Source: an uncultured Chthonomonadaceae bacterium
Lineage (GTDB): Bacteria; Armatimonadota; Chthonomonadetes; Chthonomonadales; Chthonomonadaceae
NCBI GenBank assembly: GCA_963835065.1
Contig: CAWIEK010000002.1
Span: 160,001 to 224,000 of the forward strand
Reading direction: 5' to 3'
Length of the DNA: 64,000 nt
This document shows, piece after piece, positions 39,981 to 50,619 of this stretch (position 1 is the stretch's first letter; each line of letters starts with the position of its first letter). The translations under genes were made by a program, and so were the position numbers. The notes under the pieces were generated by a model. That model did no database searches and was not told where the DNA came from. It worked only from the letters and a program-made list of their open reading frames with translations.

Positions 39981-42351
39981 ATGCCCCTCCTCGTAAAACG
40001 AACGCTTTTCTCTCTGACAGGCTCCGGCGCTTTGCTCGGCCTGCTTGGTCTGTCGGCAGCCCTGCCGTCCTGCGCGCAGTCACCCTCCCGCGCCTTCTCT
40101 CCTACGCCCCTCGCAACAACGGTGAAAGCCGCTCCTGCCGCGCCGAAGGCGAAAGCTGCTCCTGCCGCGCCGAAGGCGAAAGCGGACGCGAATACCACTT
40201 GGCCGTTCACGTATGCCGACGACAGCTTTACCGGCAACGCGCTTCTTGATCTGCGCTTCCTCAATGAACCCGTTGCGGGGCAGTCCGGCTTTGTCAAATT
40301 GACGCCGGACGGCAATCACTTCGCGCTTGGAAACGGGACGCCCGCCCGGTTCTGGTGCGTCAACACTACGGTTTATCGCCAATCCGAACAGGATTTGGAG
40401 CGCCACGCCCGCTTCCTCGCCAAAATCGGCGTCAATATGGTGCGGATGCACGGCTCGTTCTCGCCCAAAGGCAAAGGCAAAGCGATTACGGACGTGGATG
40501 AGGCGGAAATTGACCGCTGCTGGCGAGTTGGTCGCGGCCATGAAAAAGCAGGGCATTTACTGCACCATTTCTCCCTACTGGGCGAATGGCGGACACGCGG
40601 GAACCGCCGCCTCCTGGAACATTCCGGGCGCGGGCGACGGGGCTGATCTGTGGGGACTTTTGTTCTTCAACGACGATCTGCGCAATGGCTACAAAGCCTG
40701 GGCGCGCGCCCTGTACACGCGCAAGAACCCTTACACCGGTATTCCACTCGCGCAGGACCCTGGTGTCGGCATCATTCAGATACAAAATGAGGACAGCCTG
40801 TTTTTCTGGACGATGCAGGGCTTGAAACCGGAACACAAAGCCGTTCTGAGCCGCAAATACAGCCAGTGGCTTGTCAAGCAGTACGGTTCGCTCGATAAGG
40901 CGAAAACCGCGTGGGACGGAGCCGGTTGGGAGGGTGACGATTTTGCGAACGGCAAAGTCGGCATGACCGATTTGTACCAGATGACGCAGCCGCAGCAGGG
41001 CGGTATGGCGAAACGGATGCGCGATCAGGTGCGCTTCTTCGCCGATCTGCAGCGCGACTTTTATGCGGATATTGTCCACTTCTACCGCAGCGAACTGGGC
41101 TGCAAGCAGCTGATCAATCCCTGCAACTGGGTTACTGCCGACCCCGAAAAACTTGGGGATGTGGAGCGCTGGACGTATACCGCAGGCGATGTTCTCGCCG
41201 TCAACAAATACTACAACGGCGGGCCGCACGTGGGCGATAACAACGGCTGGCGCATTGACCCGAAACACTATTTTGAGGGCGCGTCCGCGCTCCTGAACCC
41301 CACCGCCCTGCCCACCGATCTCAAAATAGCAGCAGGGCATCCCATGATGGTGACGGAAAGCGGCTGGGTCAATCCGCTCGGCTATCAGTCCGAAGGCCCG
41401 TTCCTGATGGCCGCGTACCAGTCGCTGACGGGCATGGACAACTTCTACTGGTTTTCCGCCGACACGCCCGCCTACGACATGGACCCGTTTATCTCGTTCC
41501 TCAATTTCCCGGACGGCAAGCCGCTGTGGAAGTGGCGATTGGAGCCGGTTGTGGAAGCGAGTTTCCCGGCCTGCGCCCTGATGTACCGCCTGAATTATAT
41601 CCAGCCCGGCCTTGCCGTGCATGAGGAGCGCCCACTCGAAGACCTGTGGCAGCGCAAGCCCGCCCTGATCGCCGAGGGCCGCACCTACGACCCCAACCGC
41701 AACACAACGCCGTTTGTCGAAGGCAGCGGTAACAGCAGCGGCGCGATTAACCCGCTCGCTTTTCTGGCCGGGCGCGTCGAGGTGAAATACGGCGGCGATC
41801 CCGCCAAAGATCGCATTGCCCCGCTTTCCCATTACATTGACGACAAGCAAAAAACGGTTACGAGCGTGACGGGCGAAATCAAGCTGAATTATGGCACGGG
41901 GCTGTGTACTCTCAACACGCCCAAAGCGCAGGGCGCGACGGGCTTCCTGGCAAAAGCGGGCGACATCCGCCTGACTGACCTGAACATTGCGTCCCGTAAC
42001 GAATACGCAACGGTAGTCGCGGTGGCTATGGACAACAAACCCCTCCGCGAGTCCCGCAAAGTGCTGGTGCAGGTCACAACCATCATGCGCCCGACCGGCT
42101 GGAAAACGGAAGACGCGACGTTTAAGGAAGGCAACCAGACGTATCACGGCAGCCAGATCGTGGCAACCGGCAAAATGCCCTGGCAGGTGACGGATACCGC
42201 CATGACGCTGACGCTGAAAAACCCGATGCTGCGTAAAGCGACCCTGCTGAATACGGGCGGCTATGCCACAAAACAGATCACGGGCGCGAACACGGGCGGC
42301 GTCTTCAGCCTGACCCTCCCACCGGATGCGCTGTACCTCATCCTCGAATAA
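39981..42351 (+). CDS. secreted clan-A glycoside hydrolase (GH5-like; apparent frameshift near 40527)
   Basis: signal peptide, GVNMVRMH, NPYTG.PLA.DP, QNED, MVTESGW. Confidence 0.8.
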
Positions 42352-42438
42352 ATACAGGCGAAAAATCAGGAATGTCATTGGATTGAGGAAGGCGGTACGC
42401 GCTTTTGTCCGCGCAGACAATGGGAAGGAACCACTTTT

Positions 42439-44619
42439 TTGAAAACCGTGCATATCGTCTTTAACGCGCACATTGATCCGATCTGGCTCTGGCCCTGGCA
42501 GAGCGGCCTGGACGAGACGTTTGCCACGTGCCGGAGCGCCTGTGACCGTCTGGACGCGCATCCCGATCTCGTCTTTACGCGGGGAGAAGCCTGGGTCTAC
42601 GATGAAATTGAGCGGCTCGATCCGGCGCTGTTCGCCCGCATACGCGCCCATATTGCGGCGGGACGCTGGGAGCCGGTTGGCGGCTGGTGGCTGCAGCCCG
42701 ACTGCAATCAGCCAAGCGGTTTCGCTATGGAGCGGCAGATCGCTCTTGGTAAAAGCTACTTTGAGAGTCGCTTTGGGTTGTTTCCCCGCATTGCCTACAA
42801 CGTTGACAGTTTCGGCCATGCCGCCACGCTGCCGGGGCTGATGCGTAGCGCGGGTCAGGATCGGTATGTGATGATGCGCCCGCAGCCGCAGGAGATGGCG
42901 CTGCCGGCCTGCCTGTTCCGCTGGCGCGGCTATGAGGACGGGCCGGAAGTGACCACGTTTCGCATTGTGGACTCCTACACTTCGGGCAACACCATCAATG
43001 AACGCCGAATTTATAACGCCGTCGAGCAACTGCCGGACGGAATTAATGACACCATGCTGTTCGCGGGCTTCGGCGATCATGGCGGTGGCCCAACCGAGCG
43101 GCAGATCGCCTGGTTTCGGGAGCATCAGGACAGTTTCGCGGGCATCCAATTGGTGTTCTCCTCTCCTGGTCGGTTCTTCGACGCCATCTGGCCGCAGCGC
43201 GAAACGCTGCCGCTCGTGACCGGCGAATTACAGTTCCACGCTATCGGCTGTTACTCGGTTTATCGTCCCATCAAAACGGCGCTGCGCCAGGCGGAACATT
43301 GTCTGCGTCAGGCGGAGATATTCTGCGCCGCCGAAGCCCCGTCCGTACCCGCTGAGGCGAGCGGCCAGATCAACGCGGCCTGGAAGCGCGTGTGCTTCAA
43401 CCACTTTCACGACACCCTGGGCGGAACCTGCCTGCCATCCGCCTACCGCTACCCGCTGGCGCAGTTGGGTTACGCGCAGGATGTGGGCGAAACGCTGCTC
43501 CACGAAGGGTTGCGGCGCAAATTGACGGAACTGCCGGACGATCCCTTGCAGCGAATTGTCATTTACAACGCCTCCGATCTGCCTTATGACGGGCCGCTGG
43601 AATTCGCGCCCTGGCTGGATTGGCAGGCATGGGAGGCAGATTGGCATCTGATTGACGAGGCCGGCGCACTTGTGCCGTTTCAGGTGATTGCTTCCGAGGC
43701 GCTGGCCGGCAGCCTCGTCAACCTCCTTTTTTCCCTTGCTATCCCGGCGGGCGGGATGCGGGTACTCCGTATTCAAACCGGGGGTGGCGCAGCGGAGGGC
43801 AGCGCTAAGGAGTCCTCCGGGCGTCTGTCGGTATCGGAAGACGCGCTTGCCGTTGCGGACAGCGTTCGGCTGAGTTCCGCTTCCCTGACGTTTGCAGGCG
43901 GTTTCGAACTTCCTCTGCCTGCGCTGCTGCTTTATGAGGACAATTCGGATACCTGGTCGCATGTGATTGACCGCTACAGTGATGATCCCTGCGCTCAGGC
44001 GGAATGGGGGAAAGTGGAAATTGTGGATCGCGGCCCGCTCATGGCGTCGCGTATCTGTCAGGGGCGCATCGGCAGCAGCGATCTTGCGGCGGAATGGCGC
44101 GTGTATCAGGAAGGCTTCGCCGAACTGCTGCTGACGGTGAACTGGAAGGAGCGGCACAGACTGCTCAAACTCGTACAGCCCCTACCCGGTACACCGCAGC
44201 ATCGAACCGACGGCATCCTGGGTGGCTGGCTGTCCCGGCCATTCACCGGGCGCGAATCGCCCCTGCGCGACGGCGTTCTCATTGAAACTAAAATTAAAAC
44301 CAACCTTGCGGGCGAGGGAAACGAGCGGAAGGGGATGTTGGGCATCGTCGCGCCGGACGTTTATGCCCTGGACGCGACAACGGAACGGCTGCGCTTCACG
44401 CTCCTGCGCAGCGCAATCATGGCGCACCATGACCCGCACAACGGCATCGCGCCCCGCCGAACCTTCACGGATCAGGGCGAGCATACCTTCCGCTTCCGCT
44501 ATCTCGCAGGCGAAGCGCTTTCCACGGACGCGCTGGAAAGGCATGCCACCCAGATGCACCGCCCGCCCATCGTTGCCGATCTGACGCGCGGAATGTCGCG
44601 TCGCCCCAATGACCGCTGA
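42439..44619 (+). CDS. GH38 alpha-mannosidase-like protein
   Basis: NAHIDPIWLW, GGWWLQPD, VDSFGH, GDHGGG, FHDTLGGT. Confidence 0.92.
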   Translation: MKTVHIVFNAHIDPIWLWPWQSGLDETFATCRSACDRLDAHPDLVFTRGEAWVYDEIERLDPALFARIRAHIAAGRWEPVGGWWLQPDCNQPSGFAMERQIALGKSYFESRFGLFPRIAYNVDSFGHAATLPGLMRSAGQDRYVMMRPQPQEMALPACLFRWRGYEDGPEVTTFRIVDSYTSGNTINERRIYNAVEQLPDGINDTMLFAGFGDHGGGPTERQIAWFREHQDSFAGIQLVFSSPGRFFDAIWPQRETLPLVTGELQFHAIGCYSVYRPIKTALRQAEHCLRQAEIFCAAEAPSVPAEASGQINAAWKRVCFNHFHDTLGGTCLPSAYRYPLAQLGYAQDVGETLLHEGLRRKLTELPDDPLQRIVIYNASDLPYDGPLEFAPWLDWQAWEADWHLIDEAGALVPFQVIASEALAGSLVNLLFSLAIPAGGMRVLRIQTGGGAAEGSAKESSGRLSVSEDALAVADSVRLSSASLTFAGGFELPLPALLLYEDNSDTWSHVIDRYSDDPCAQAEWGKVEIVDRGPLMASRICQGRIGSSDLAAEWRVYQEGFAELLLTVNWKERHRLLKLVQPLPGTPQHRTDGILGGWLSRPFTGRESPLRDGVLIETKIKTNLAGEGNERKGMLGIVAPDVYALDATTERLRFTLLRSAIMAHHDPHNGIAPRRTFTDQGEHTFRFRYLAGEALSTDALERHATQMHRPPIVADLTRGMSRRPNDR

Positions 44620-44621
44620 AC

Positions 44622-44884
44622 TATGTAGAGTAATCGTCGAAATCTTGGCAATACAGCGCTTCCAGCCCGATGTCTCATTGTGTCTGGTTGTAGGGGTTAG
44701 AGGCGTCGTGACCTCCAAAGCGTCAGGGCGAACGGGTGTGGACAGGCATCTTCTGCACCTCCCTTCCTGTATGTCTAGCTTCTGTATAGTACCTGCCTGT
44801 ATTGTAGATACTTGTATACTACATCTGACAGGTGGAGGCGGAAGAAGGTTTCTCTTTTTTCGCGTTGTGCGGCTCTTTTTTTCG
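44622..44884 (-). ncRNA. candidate sRNA / leader element, copy 2 (MPVHTRSP* at 44749-44723)
   Basis: inverted homolog of 35018-35302; no co-oriented downstream gene. Confidence 0.55.
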
Positions 44885-44959
44885 GCGCTGCCGTACTTTG
44901 CGCGGGAATAGGGCGTGAGTTCGGCGTTGCGGGCGCGGACAGGCTGTTGAGGCAAAACA

Positions 44960-45447
44960 ATGACCGATGATTTTGAACTGCGGGATGTGCTGGAAAGTGA
45001 TCTCGCCACGTTTTTCGCGCAGCAACTGGATGCGGGCGCAAACGATATGGCCGCTTTCACGCGGAAAGACCCGGCAGACCGGGAAGCGTTTATGGCGCAC
45101 TGGACGCGGATCAGGAGTGACGACACGGGGCGTATCCAGACCGTCGTTTTTCAGGGGCAGGTGGCGGGCTATGTCCTGAGCTACCAACAGGACGGGGAAA
45201 CGGAAGTCAGCTACTGGCTCGGCAGGGATACTGGGGGCGGGGGCTTGCGACACGCGCGCTTGCCGCGTTTCTGCGTTCGGTACAAGTCCGTCCGCTGCAC
45301 GCCCGCGCCGCCAAAGATAACTATGCTTCCCTGCGGGTGTTGGAAAAGTGCGGATTCGCGATTATCGGCGAGGATAAAGGCTTTTCCAATGCGCGGGGCA
45401 AAGAGGTGGAAGAGTTTCTCTTGAAATTGGAGGCGAGTCAACCATGA
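44960..45447 (+). CDS. RimJ/RimL-type GNAT acetyltransferase (apparent -1 frameshift near 45228)
   Basis: EVSYWLGR continuing in another frame as YWGRGLAT...N.ASLRVLEKCGF; stop overlaps the next ATG. Confidence 0.85.
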
Positions 45448-46227
45448 AAAAACGCCGTCGTTTTCCTTTTTTCTGCTGTCTGTTTGTGGCGCTGCTCCTC
45501 AGTTGCGCAATCCTGGTTCGGCAGATGCGCCAGCAGACGCGGCAGACGCAGAACAACCGGCAGCTTGCGCTTGCGGTACACACGCTGGACGTGTCCCAGG
45601 TTGAAGATTGCCTGCGCGCCGGAGCCGATCCCAATTTGCCCCGGCAGATGCCTCAACCGCCAACCTTCCGGCAGGTCTTCCTCCGCTTGTTCCATGCTTC
45701 ACGGCCCCAACCCACGAAGTCAGAAGATCGAATTCTGGCCGATGTTTTGGACAGCGCGGCACACTCTTCAAATCCGGGGCAACAGCGACGCGGATGCCGG
45801 ATTGCCCTGCTTGCTGATCCAGTTCGGCGCAAACCCGCAGGGCGACGACTTTTCCCCGCTGGGCGTGGCGACGTGGATACGCGCCAACGACGTGACGCAG
45901 GCTCTGGTCGAACACGGCGCAGACGTGAATGTGGTGGATATTTATGGGAACCGTCCGCTGCTTGATGCGGCGGCGGATAAATACTCCCCGTCAGGGTTGC
46001 TGCTGCTGGCGCATGGAGCCGACCCGAACATTCGACGCGCAGGCTCTCGGAGGACGCCGCTGATGGAGGCGGCGGGGAACGGCAATACCGCTCTGGTTCG
46101 GGCATTGCTGGAAAAGAGGGTTGACCTGACGTTAAAAGATGTGCGGGGCAAAACGGCGCTGGATTTCGCGCGCGAGTACAGGCGAGAGAAGATTGTTTCC
46201 CTCCTCACGCAGGCCGGCGCGAAATAG
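45444..46227 (+). CDS. ankyrin-repeat protein with N-terminal TM/signal (apparent frameshift near 45807)
   Basis: GADPN, GADVN, TPLMEAAGNGN, GKTALD. Confidence 0.85.
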
Positions 46228-46259
46228 CAGGAGCATCCATTCAGGGGGAAGTTTAGACA

Positions 46260-47039
46260 ATGATGCCGGAATCTCCAATGACGGAAGCGCATAAACGCGC
46301 GTTGATCGTGGCGTACTATCTGTCCCGCTTTGACCGCAAAGGGGTTCGCGCGCTTGGGTACGCGACGGCGCTGGAGGCTTTTGAGGAGATCGGCAAGGCG
46401 TTGGGCGTGAAAACAGCCACCATCAAGCACATGCGCGACTCGTTCGATCCCTACTGCTCGCAGGTGCGCGTCGGCTGGTATCAGCGGCCCATTCTGCGTT
46501 CCCGCGCCAATGTCATACAAGCCTACGATGAGACAAGCGAAGCGGCAATGGCGGAGATCGTGCGCGAGTTGCTGAACGGCAACGCGGCAGAGGTTGAGCC
46601 GTACATTGCCCCGGTGAGCGAAGTCGGGGTCGGGGCGGAACTGACGCTTGACGATGAGAACGCTTACGCCGCCCGGTTGCGAACGGGTGAGACTGCCGAA
46701 ACCTTCTTCATGCAGCAGTTTCCCACGCTGACGATGTTTCAGGGCAGCAGGCTGGAAGACACGCGCAAGTTCGGCATCGGTTTCGATTTCCGCGCTTCGT
46801 TTCCGCAATCGTACCGGGCTATCGAAGTGAAGGGCGTCCGCGAAGCGCATGGCTACATCTCCTTCACGGATAAAGAATGGTCGGTAGCGCAGTTGATGAG
46901 CGACAACTACGTTCTGGCTCTGGTTCGCGCATTGGACACAAAGCCCCTGTTGGAGTTGGTTCCCAATCCCTGCCAACACATTCCCGTCAAAATGCGAACC
47001 ATCGAATCCGTTTCCGTCTGCTGGAACGCGAAAGTGTGA
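46260..47039 (+). CDS. DUF3883 (NO VEIN C-terminal) PD-(D/E)XK nuclease domain protein
   Basis: TG..AE....GFDF......AIEVKG.....F.DKEW. Confidence 0.8.
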   Translation: MMPESPMTEAHKRALIVAYYLSRFDRKGVRALGYATALEAFEEIGKALGVKTATIKHMRDSFDPYCSQVRVGWYQRPILRSRANVIQAYDETSEAAMAEIVRELLNGNAAEVEPYIAPVSEVGVGAELTLDDENAYAARLRTGETAETFFMQQFPTLTMFQGSRLEDTRKFGIGFDFRASFPQSYRAIEVKGVREAHGYISFTDKEWSVAQLMSDNYVLALVRALDTKPLLELVPNPCQHIPVKMRTIESVSVCWNAKV

Positions 47040-47276
47040 GCCTGCTTACTCCTCCGAAACATTCTTCAATAGAATTGTCCGTTTTTGTGAGGAAATTTCC
47101 GAAAATATATTTCTTCTGTCTGGTACTATTTTCGTTAGATGTGTGTCAGATTACATAAAGGAAAATTCATACTTTACGGCGATGGAATATGCCTCACTTG
47201 GAGCGGAAGAAGCAAATGAACGGTGGCAACTTGGATCGGAGAAATGTCATATAACAAACTTTAAAATACAATTTTG

Positions 47277-47729
47277 TTATATGATTTTGTAACCTATCCG
47301 CTCCTCCCAAAAATCAGCATCTAATAGTGAGTAGTCAAATAGGTCATCTCTGTGATTAAGTTCAGGTTTATAACTTTCAAGCATGCTTTGGATATCCGCC
47401 AATAACTGAATCACTTTAACGTTTCGTTTATTGCTTGCGTTCAAGCGGTAGTAGTTATTGCTTTCTCCATCTATGGCTACCAATCCTTTAGTGATACAAT
47501 CCTCGAAACTTCGGCCTTCAAACGGATTATACTGATTTCCTCGACCATGAAGATGGAAAAACAGGAACTTGGCGTAGTCACTTCTACTAACTCCTGCTGT
47601 GTCGATCAGGTCTTTCAATTCTTGTATTCTGCTCATAATAGCATTCCATGAATCTTCACCTTCTAATACTTCTTTAGAATCTGTTGCTTCAGCGGGAACT
47701 ATTATATGAGTTTGTTCCTGCAAAGACAA
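47277..47729 (-). CDS. hypothetical protein (probably the C-terminal part of the PNP-domain gene)
   Basis: AT-rich ORF overlapping the PNP ORF end, no good start codon. Confidence 0.6.
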   Translation of the reverse strand: MSLQEQTHIIVPAEATDSKEVLEGEDSWNAIMSRIQELKDLIDTAGVSRSDYAKFLFFHLHGRGNQYNPFEGRSFEDCITKGLVAIDGESNNYYRLNASNKRNVKVIQLLADIQSMLESYKPELNHRDDLFDYSLLDADFWEERIGYKII

Positions 47730-48699
47730 CTTTGTTGGATTTATGGAGAAAGAACTCTTGTGAGGTAACCCCTGCTCTTGATGGAATTAGAACAGTGCAA
47801 ATGAAGGCATAAGTAAATGCAGCAGCTGATTGACAGGCATACGCTGTCCAACCACCATGACGTTTGAAGCCTACAATGTCACTGATGCCTCGGATTGCGA
47901 GTACAGGGTACTCTTTTTGCATCCGGCGGGCGGCGAGGTAAACCCCGCCTAATTCCATCTCAACATTCACGACTTGCCGAGCCGTCTCTCGCCATTGTTG
48001 AAGAGTTTGAGAATCTTTGAGAAGGGTATTGCTTGTTGCGGTAACACCAACTGTTACTAAAGGAGGGCGAGCAGAAGCCGATGTTCCAAAATGCCTCGTC
48101 AGAGAATGCTCAACTTTTTTCTTCCAATCTTCATCTCCGTAAAAATTATTCGGAAGTAGCTCCACTAACGGTTTAGCCATTCCTATAGATTGTTCTGAAT
48201 TCCACGATCCTAATCTATCGTTAAGAGCAGGTATCAGCATAAGGCAATCTAGAACTTTTCGGTGAGTTGGTCCGCCGCTACTTGCATATTCATTAGGCTT
48301 ACCTTCGTGGACAGCACTGACACTAAAGTCAATTAGTCGAGATGCGGCAACAACATCTCCCAAGGTAAACTCTTCCGCAGGTACACCACCAGCGATGCCG
48401 ACTAGAATCAGCCACTGAGGATCAAGGTCTTCTATGATGTCTCTAGCAACATCTTGGCTATGTCCCTGTCCTTGCTCAAAGCTACGAACTATTGCTACTA
48501 AGTAGTAGTCGTCGTTTGACAAAGGCACTTGGCTGATTATGTAGCTGCGGTGTTCCCCATGATGAAAGCTTCGATCTGGAAATCGATCTAGCACAGCTAT
48601 GTACTCATCTTCGCGAACAGTAATAATCGCAAAGTCTATCTTGCTTTTCAAACCATTCTCGTTTGTCATGAGATTTTGTTTCTGCTCGTCGTCTTGCAA
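47689..48699 (-). CDS. PNP/MTA-SAH nucleosidase domain, conflict-system type
   Basis: AIITV..DE, LVGIAGG....LGDVV, VEMELGG, IRGISD. Confidence 0.9.
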   Translation of the reverse strand: MQDDEQKQNLMTNENGLKSKIDFAIITVREDEYIAVLDRFPDRSFHHGEHRSYIISQVPLSNDDYYLVAIVRSFEQGQGHSQDVARDIIEDLDPQWLILVGIAGGVPAEEFTLGDVVAASRLIDFSVSAVHEGKPNEYASSGGPTHRKVLDCLMLIPALNDRLGSWNSEQSIGMAKPLVELLPNNFYGDEDWKKKVEHSLTRHFGTSASARPPLVTVGVTATSNTLLKDSQTLQQWRETARQVVNVEMELGGVYLAARRMQKEYPVLAIRGISDIVGFKRHGGWTAYACQSAAAFTYAFICTVLIPSRAGVTSQEFFLHKSNKVVFAGTNSYNSSR

Positions 48700-49222
48700 G
48701 GTGATAATTTCTTGTTCGACATCTTAGGCGCTCTAATGCAAACTCCGCCGCGCCCACCAAGGCTCGAACTCCTACTTCTTCTTTACGATGGTTCAACATT
48801 TGCTGAACAGCAGATACAAAGGCATCACGTTCCTCCGACCTTAGTTCAGCTTGAACTAATACTCTTGCAATCTCTGCCTGTTTGTCTAGTAGCCGTCTCT
48901 GGCGTGGGCGAACCTTTTTTGTGATTGACCGCTTTGCAGTTGATCTTTTGTAACTGACAAACTCAATTACAATACCGTTCGTCAGCCTGCCGATAGTGAA
49001 CCAGCAAGATAAATGGTGAGAATACTTTTCAAGATGCTCTTGAGCGTGTTGAATGTACTGAGCAACATTCCCGTTTTCTGGCGGCCAATTAATGTTCAAA
49101 CATGCCGAAAACTCGGCCAATGTAATGTTGCTGTTCGGACAGCTTATACCTGATTCCCAATTAGCAATTTCCCAGCCAGCCATGAATGTTGAACGAAAAC
49201 TTAGAGGTTCCGTTTGAGACAC
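48605..49222 (-). CDS. hypothetical protein (probably the N-terminal part of the PNP-domain gene)
   Basis: AT-rich ORF with AAGGA upstream; its tail reads out of frame over the PNP ORF start. Confidence 0.6.
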   Translation of the reverse strand: MSQTEPLSFRSTFMAGWEIANWESGISCPNSNITLAEFSACLNINWPPENGNVAQYIQHAQEHLEKYSHHLSCWFTIGRLTNGIVIEFVSYKRSTAKRSITKKVRPRQRRLLDKQAEIARVLVQAELRSEERDAFVSAVQQMLNHRKEEVGVRALVGAAEFALERLRCRTRNYHLARRRAETKSHDKREWFEKQDRLCDYYCSRR

Positions 49223-49617
49223 TTCTTCTATCCTTATGATGGAAATTCGATGAACTCTATGCTTTTAGTTCTGCTGCCCCAATTATGGGGATTACGTTCT
49301 GTAAGCGGACTGAGACTGCCGGAACGCAGTTCCTCTTCTGACATCCCCTTGTAATCATTATAACCGCAATATGGGATTTTGCGCCATCCCAATAGAATTC
49401 CAGCCAGATGTTTTTGGCTGAAGCGGCAATCCTGTATTGGTATGCCCCACACAAATAGCTGCGCCGTATGCGCCTCGCAGCCTGTCACCCAATGGCGAAG
49501 AATTCAACACTAATGGCGCATTCTCCTGCACAGAAACCGAACTTGTTTTAGCTGCTGTTGTATTTTCTCTGTCCTCCGCCTTCTCCGTGGTTTCACTCTT
49601 CCCTGACCGGGCGTGTC

Positions 49618-49646
49618 TTGACGAAATAGGCCAGAACAGGCATAAT
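49618..49646 (+). promoter_or_regulatory. sigma70-type promoter, apparently leaderless, for the higBA-like operon
   Basis: TTGACG-17 nt-CATAAT, 6 nt before ATG 49653; no RBS. Confidence 0.65.
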
Positions 49647-49652
49647 AGACGT

Positions 49653-50099
49653 ATGGAAGAAGATGTCGCCAGGCCGGTCGAATGGCTGAGTTCCACTCAA
49701 AAGGACTTGAACGCTTTGCCGATGAGAGTAAAGCGCGTTTTCGGTTACGCGCTTTATCTCGCGCAAACCGGCGGCAAGCATGAAGATGCTAAACCATTAC
49801 GAGGGTTCAGCGGGGCAGGCGTTCTGGAGGTGGTGGAACGTCACGATGGCGATACGTACCGGGAAGTTTACACCGTCCGCTTTGAGGAAGCCGTGTATGT
49901 GCTGCATGTATTTCAAAAGAAAGCGACGAGAGGCATTGAAACTCCACAGCGCGACATAGATTTAATTCACGAGCGATTGCAGCAGGCCGAGCAAAAACAT
50001 GCCGCATACCTGGAGCAGCAGGCAAAAGAGCGGACACAAGCGCAACAGGCAACAGGACCGCAACCCCCTTCGCGCAAACAGAAAGGAACACAATCATGA
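49653..50099 (+). CDS. RelE/HigB-like toxin (Gp49/DUF891 type)
   Basis: FGYALYLAQTG, KPLRGF.GAGVLE, YVLHVFQKK. Confidence 0.9.
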   Translation: MEEDVARPVEWLSSTQKDLNALPMRVKRVFGYALYLAQTGGKHEDAKPLRGFSGAGVLEVVERHDGDTYREVYTVRFEEAVYVLHVFQKKATRGIETPQRDIDLIHERLQQAEQKHAAYLEQQAKERTQAQQATGPQPPSRKQKGTQS

Positions 50100-50389
50100 G
50101 CCACAATGTTTTTGCGGATATAGGTATGCCCCATCCACAGCAGGAGTTGACCAAAGCGCGTCTTGTAGCCTGCCTGGGACGATTGATTGCCGCCAAAGGC
50201 TTGAGCCAGAAGGAGGCCGCGCAACGGTTGGGCATTGACCAGCCGAAGGTATCGGCTCTGTTGCGTGGGGAGTGGGAGGGTTATTCAACAGATCGCCTGC
50301 TGCGTTTTTTGAACGCTCTTGACCGCGAAGTACGTATTGTGGTAGGGGAACAAGACGCCCCAAACGCGCAAACCATCGTGATTGGTTGA
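50096..50389 (+). CDS. XRE/HigA-like HTH antitoxin
   Basis: NVFADIG, LSQKEAAQRLGIDQPKVSAL, YSTDRL; ATGA overlap. Confidence 0.92.
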   Translation: MSHNVFADIGMPHPQQELTKARLVACLGRLIAAKGLSQKEAAQRLGIDQPKVSALLRGEWEGYSTDRLLRFLNALDREVRIVVGEQDAPNAQTIVIG

Positions 50390-50619
50390 ACTTCAACCGG
50401 CAGATCTCGAGTATCTCTCCTTTTCTTCCACATGGTTTCACTTCTTCAGCAGTTCGGTCACAGTCAGGGACATGGCGGGCAAAAACATTCTTCAATAAAA
50501 TCGTCCGTCTTTGTAATAGATTTCCAAAATAACTTTTGCATTGGTCAGTTTTTGCAGGATTTTGCCTGCATTTGTGGAATCACTAAGGCATAGTCGGGTA
50601 TGTGGGAAAGGATAGACAT

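Noticed and set aside
40131..40184. Tandem duplication encoding AAPAAPKAK twice
   Set aside because: Ordinary linker duplication after a signal peptide.
40486..43149. 887-aa minus-strand ORF
   Set aside because: Antisense shadow spanning two well-supported glycosidase genes; no recognisable motifs.
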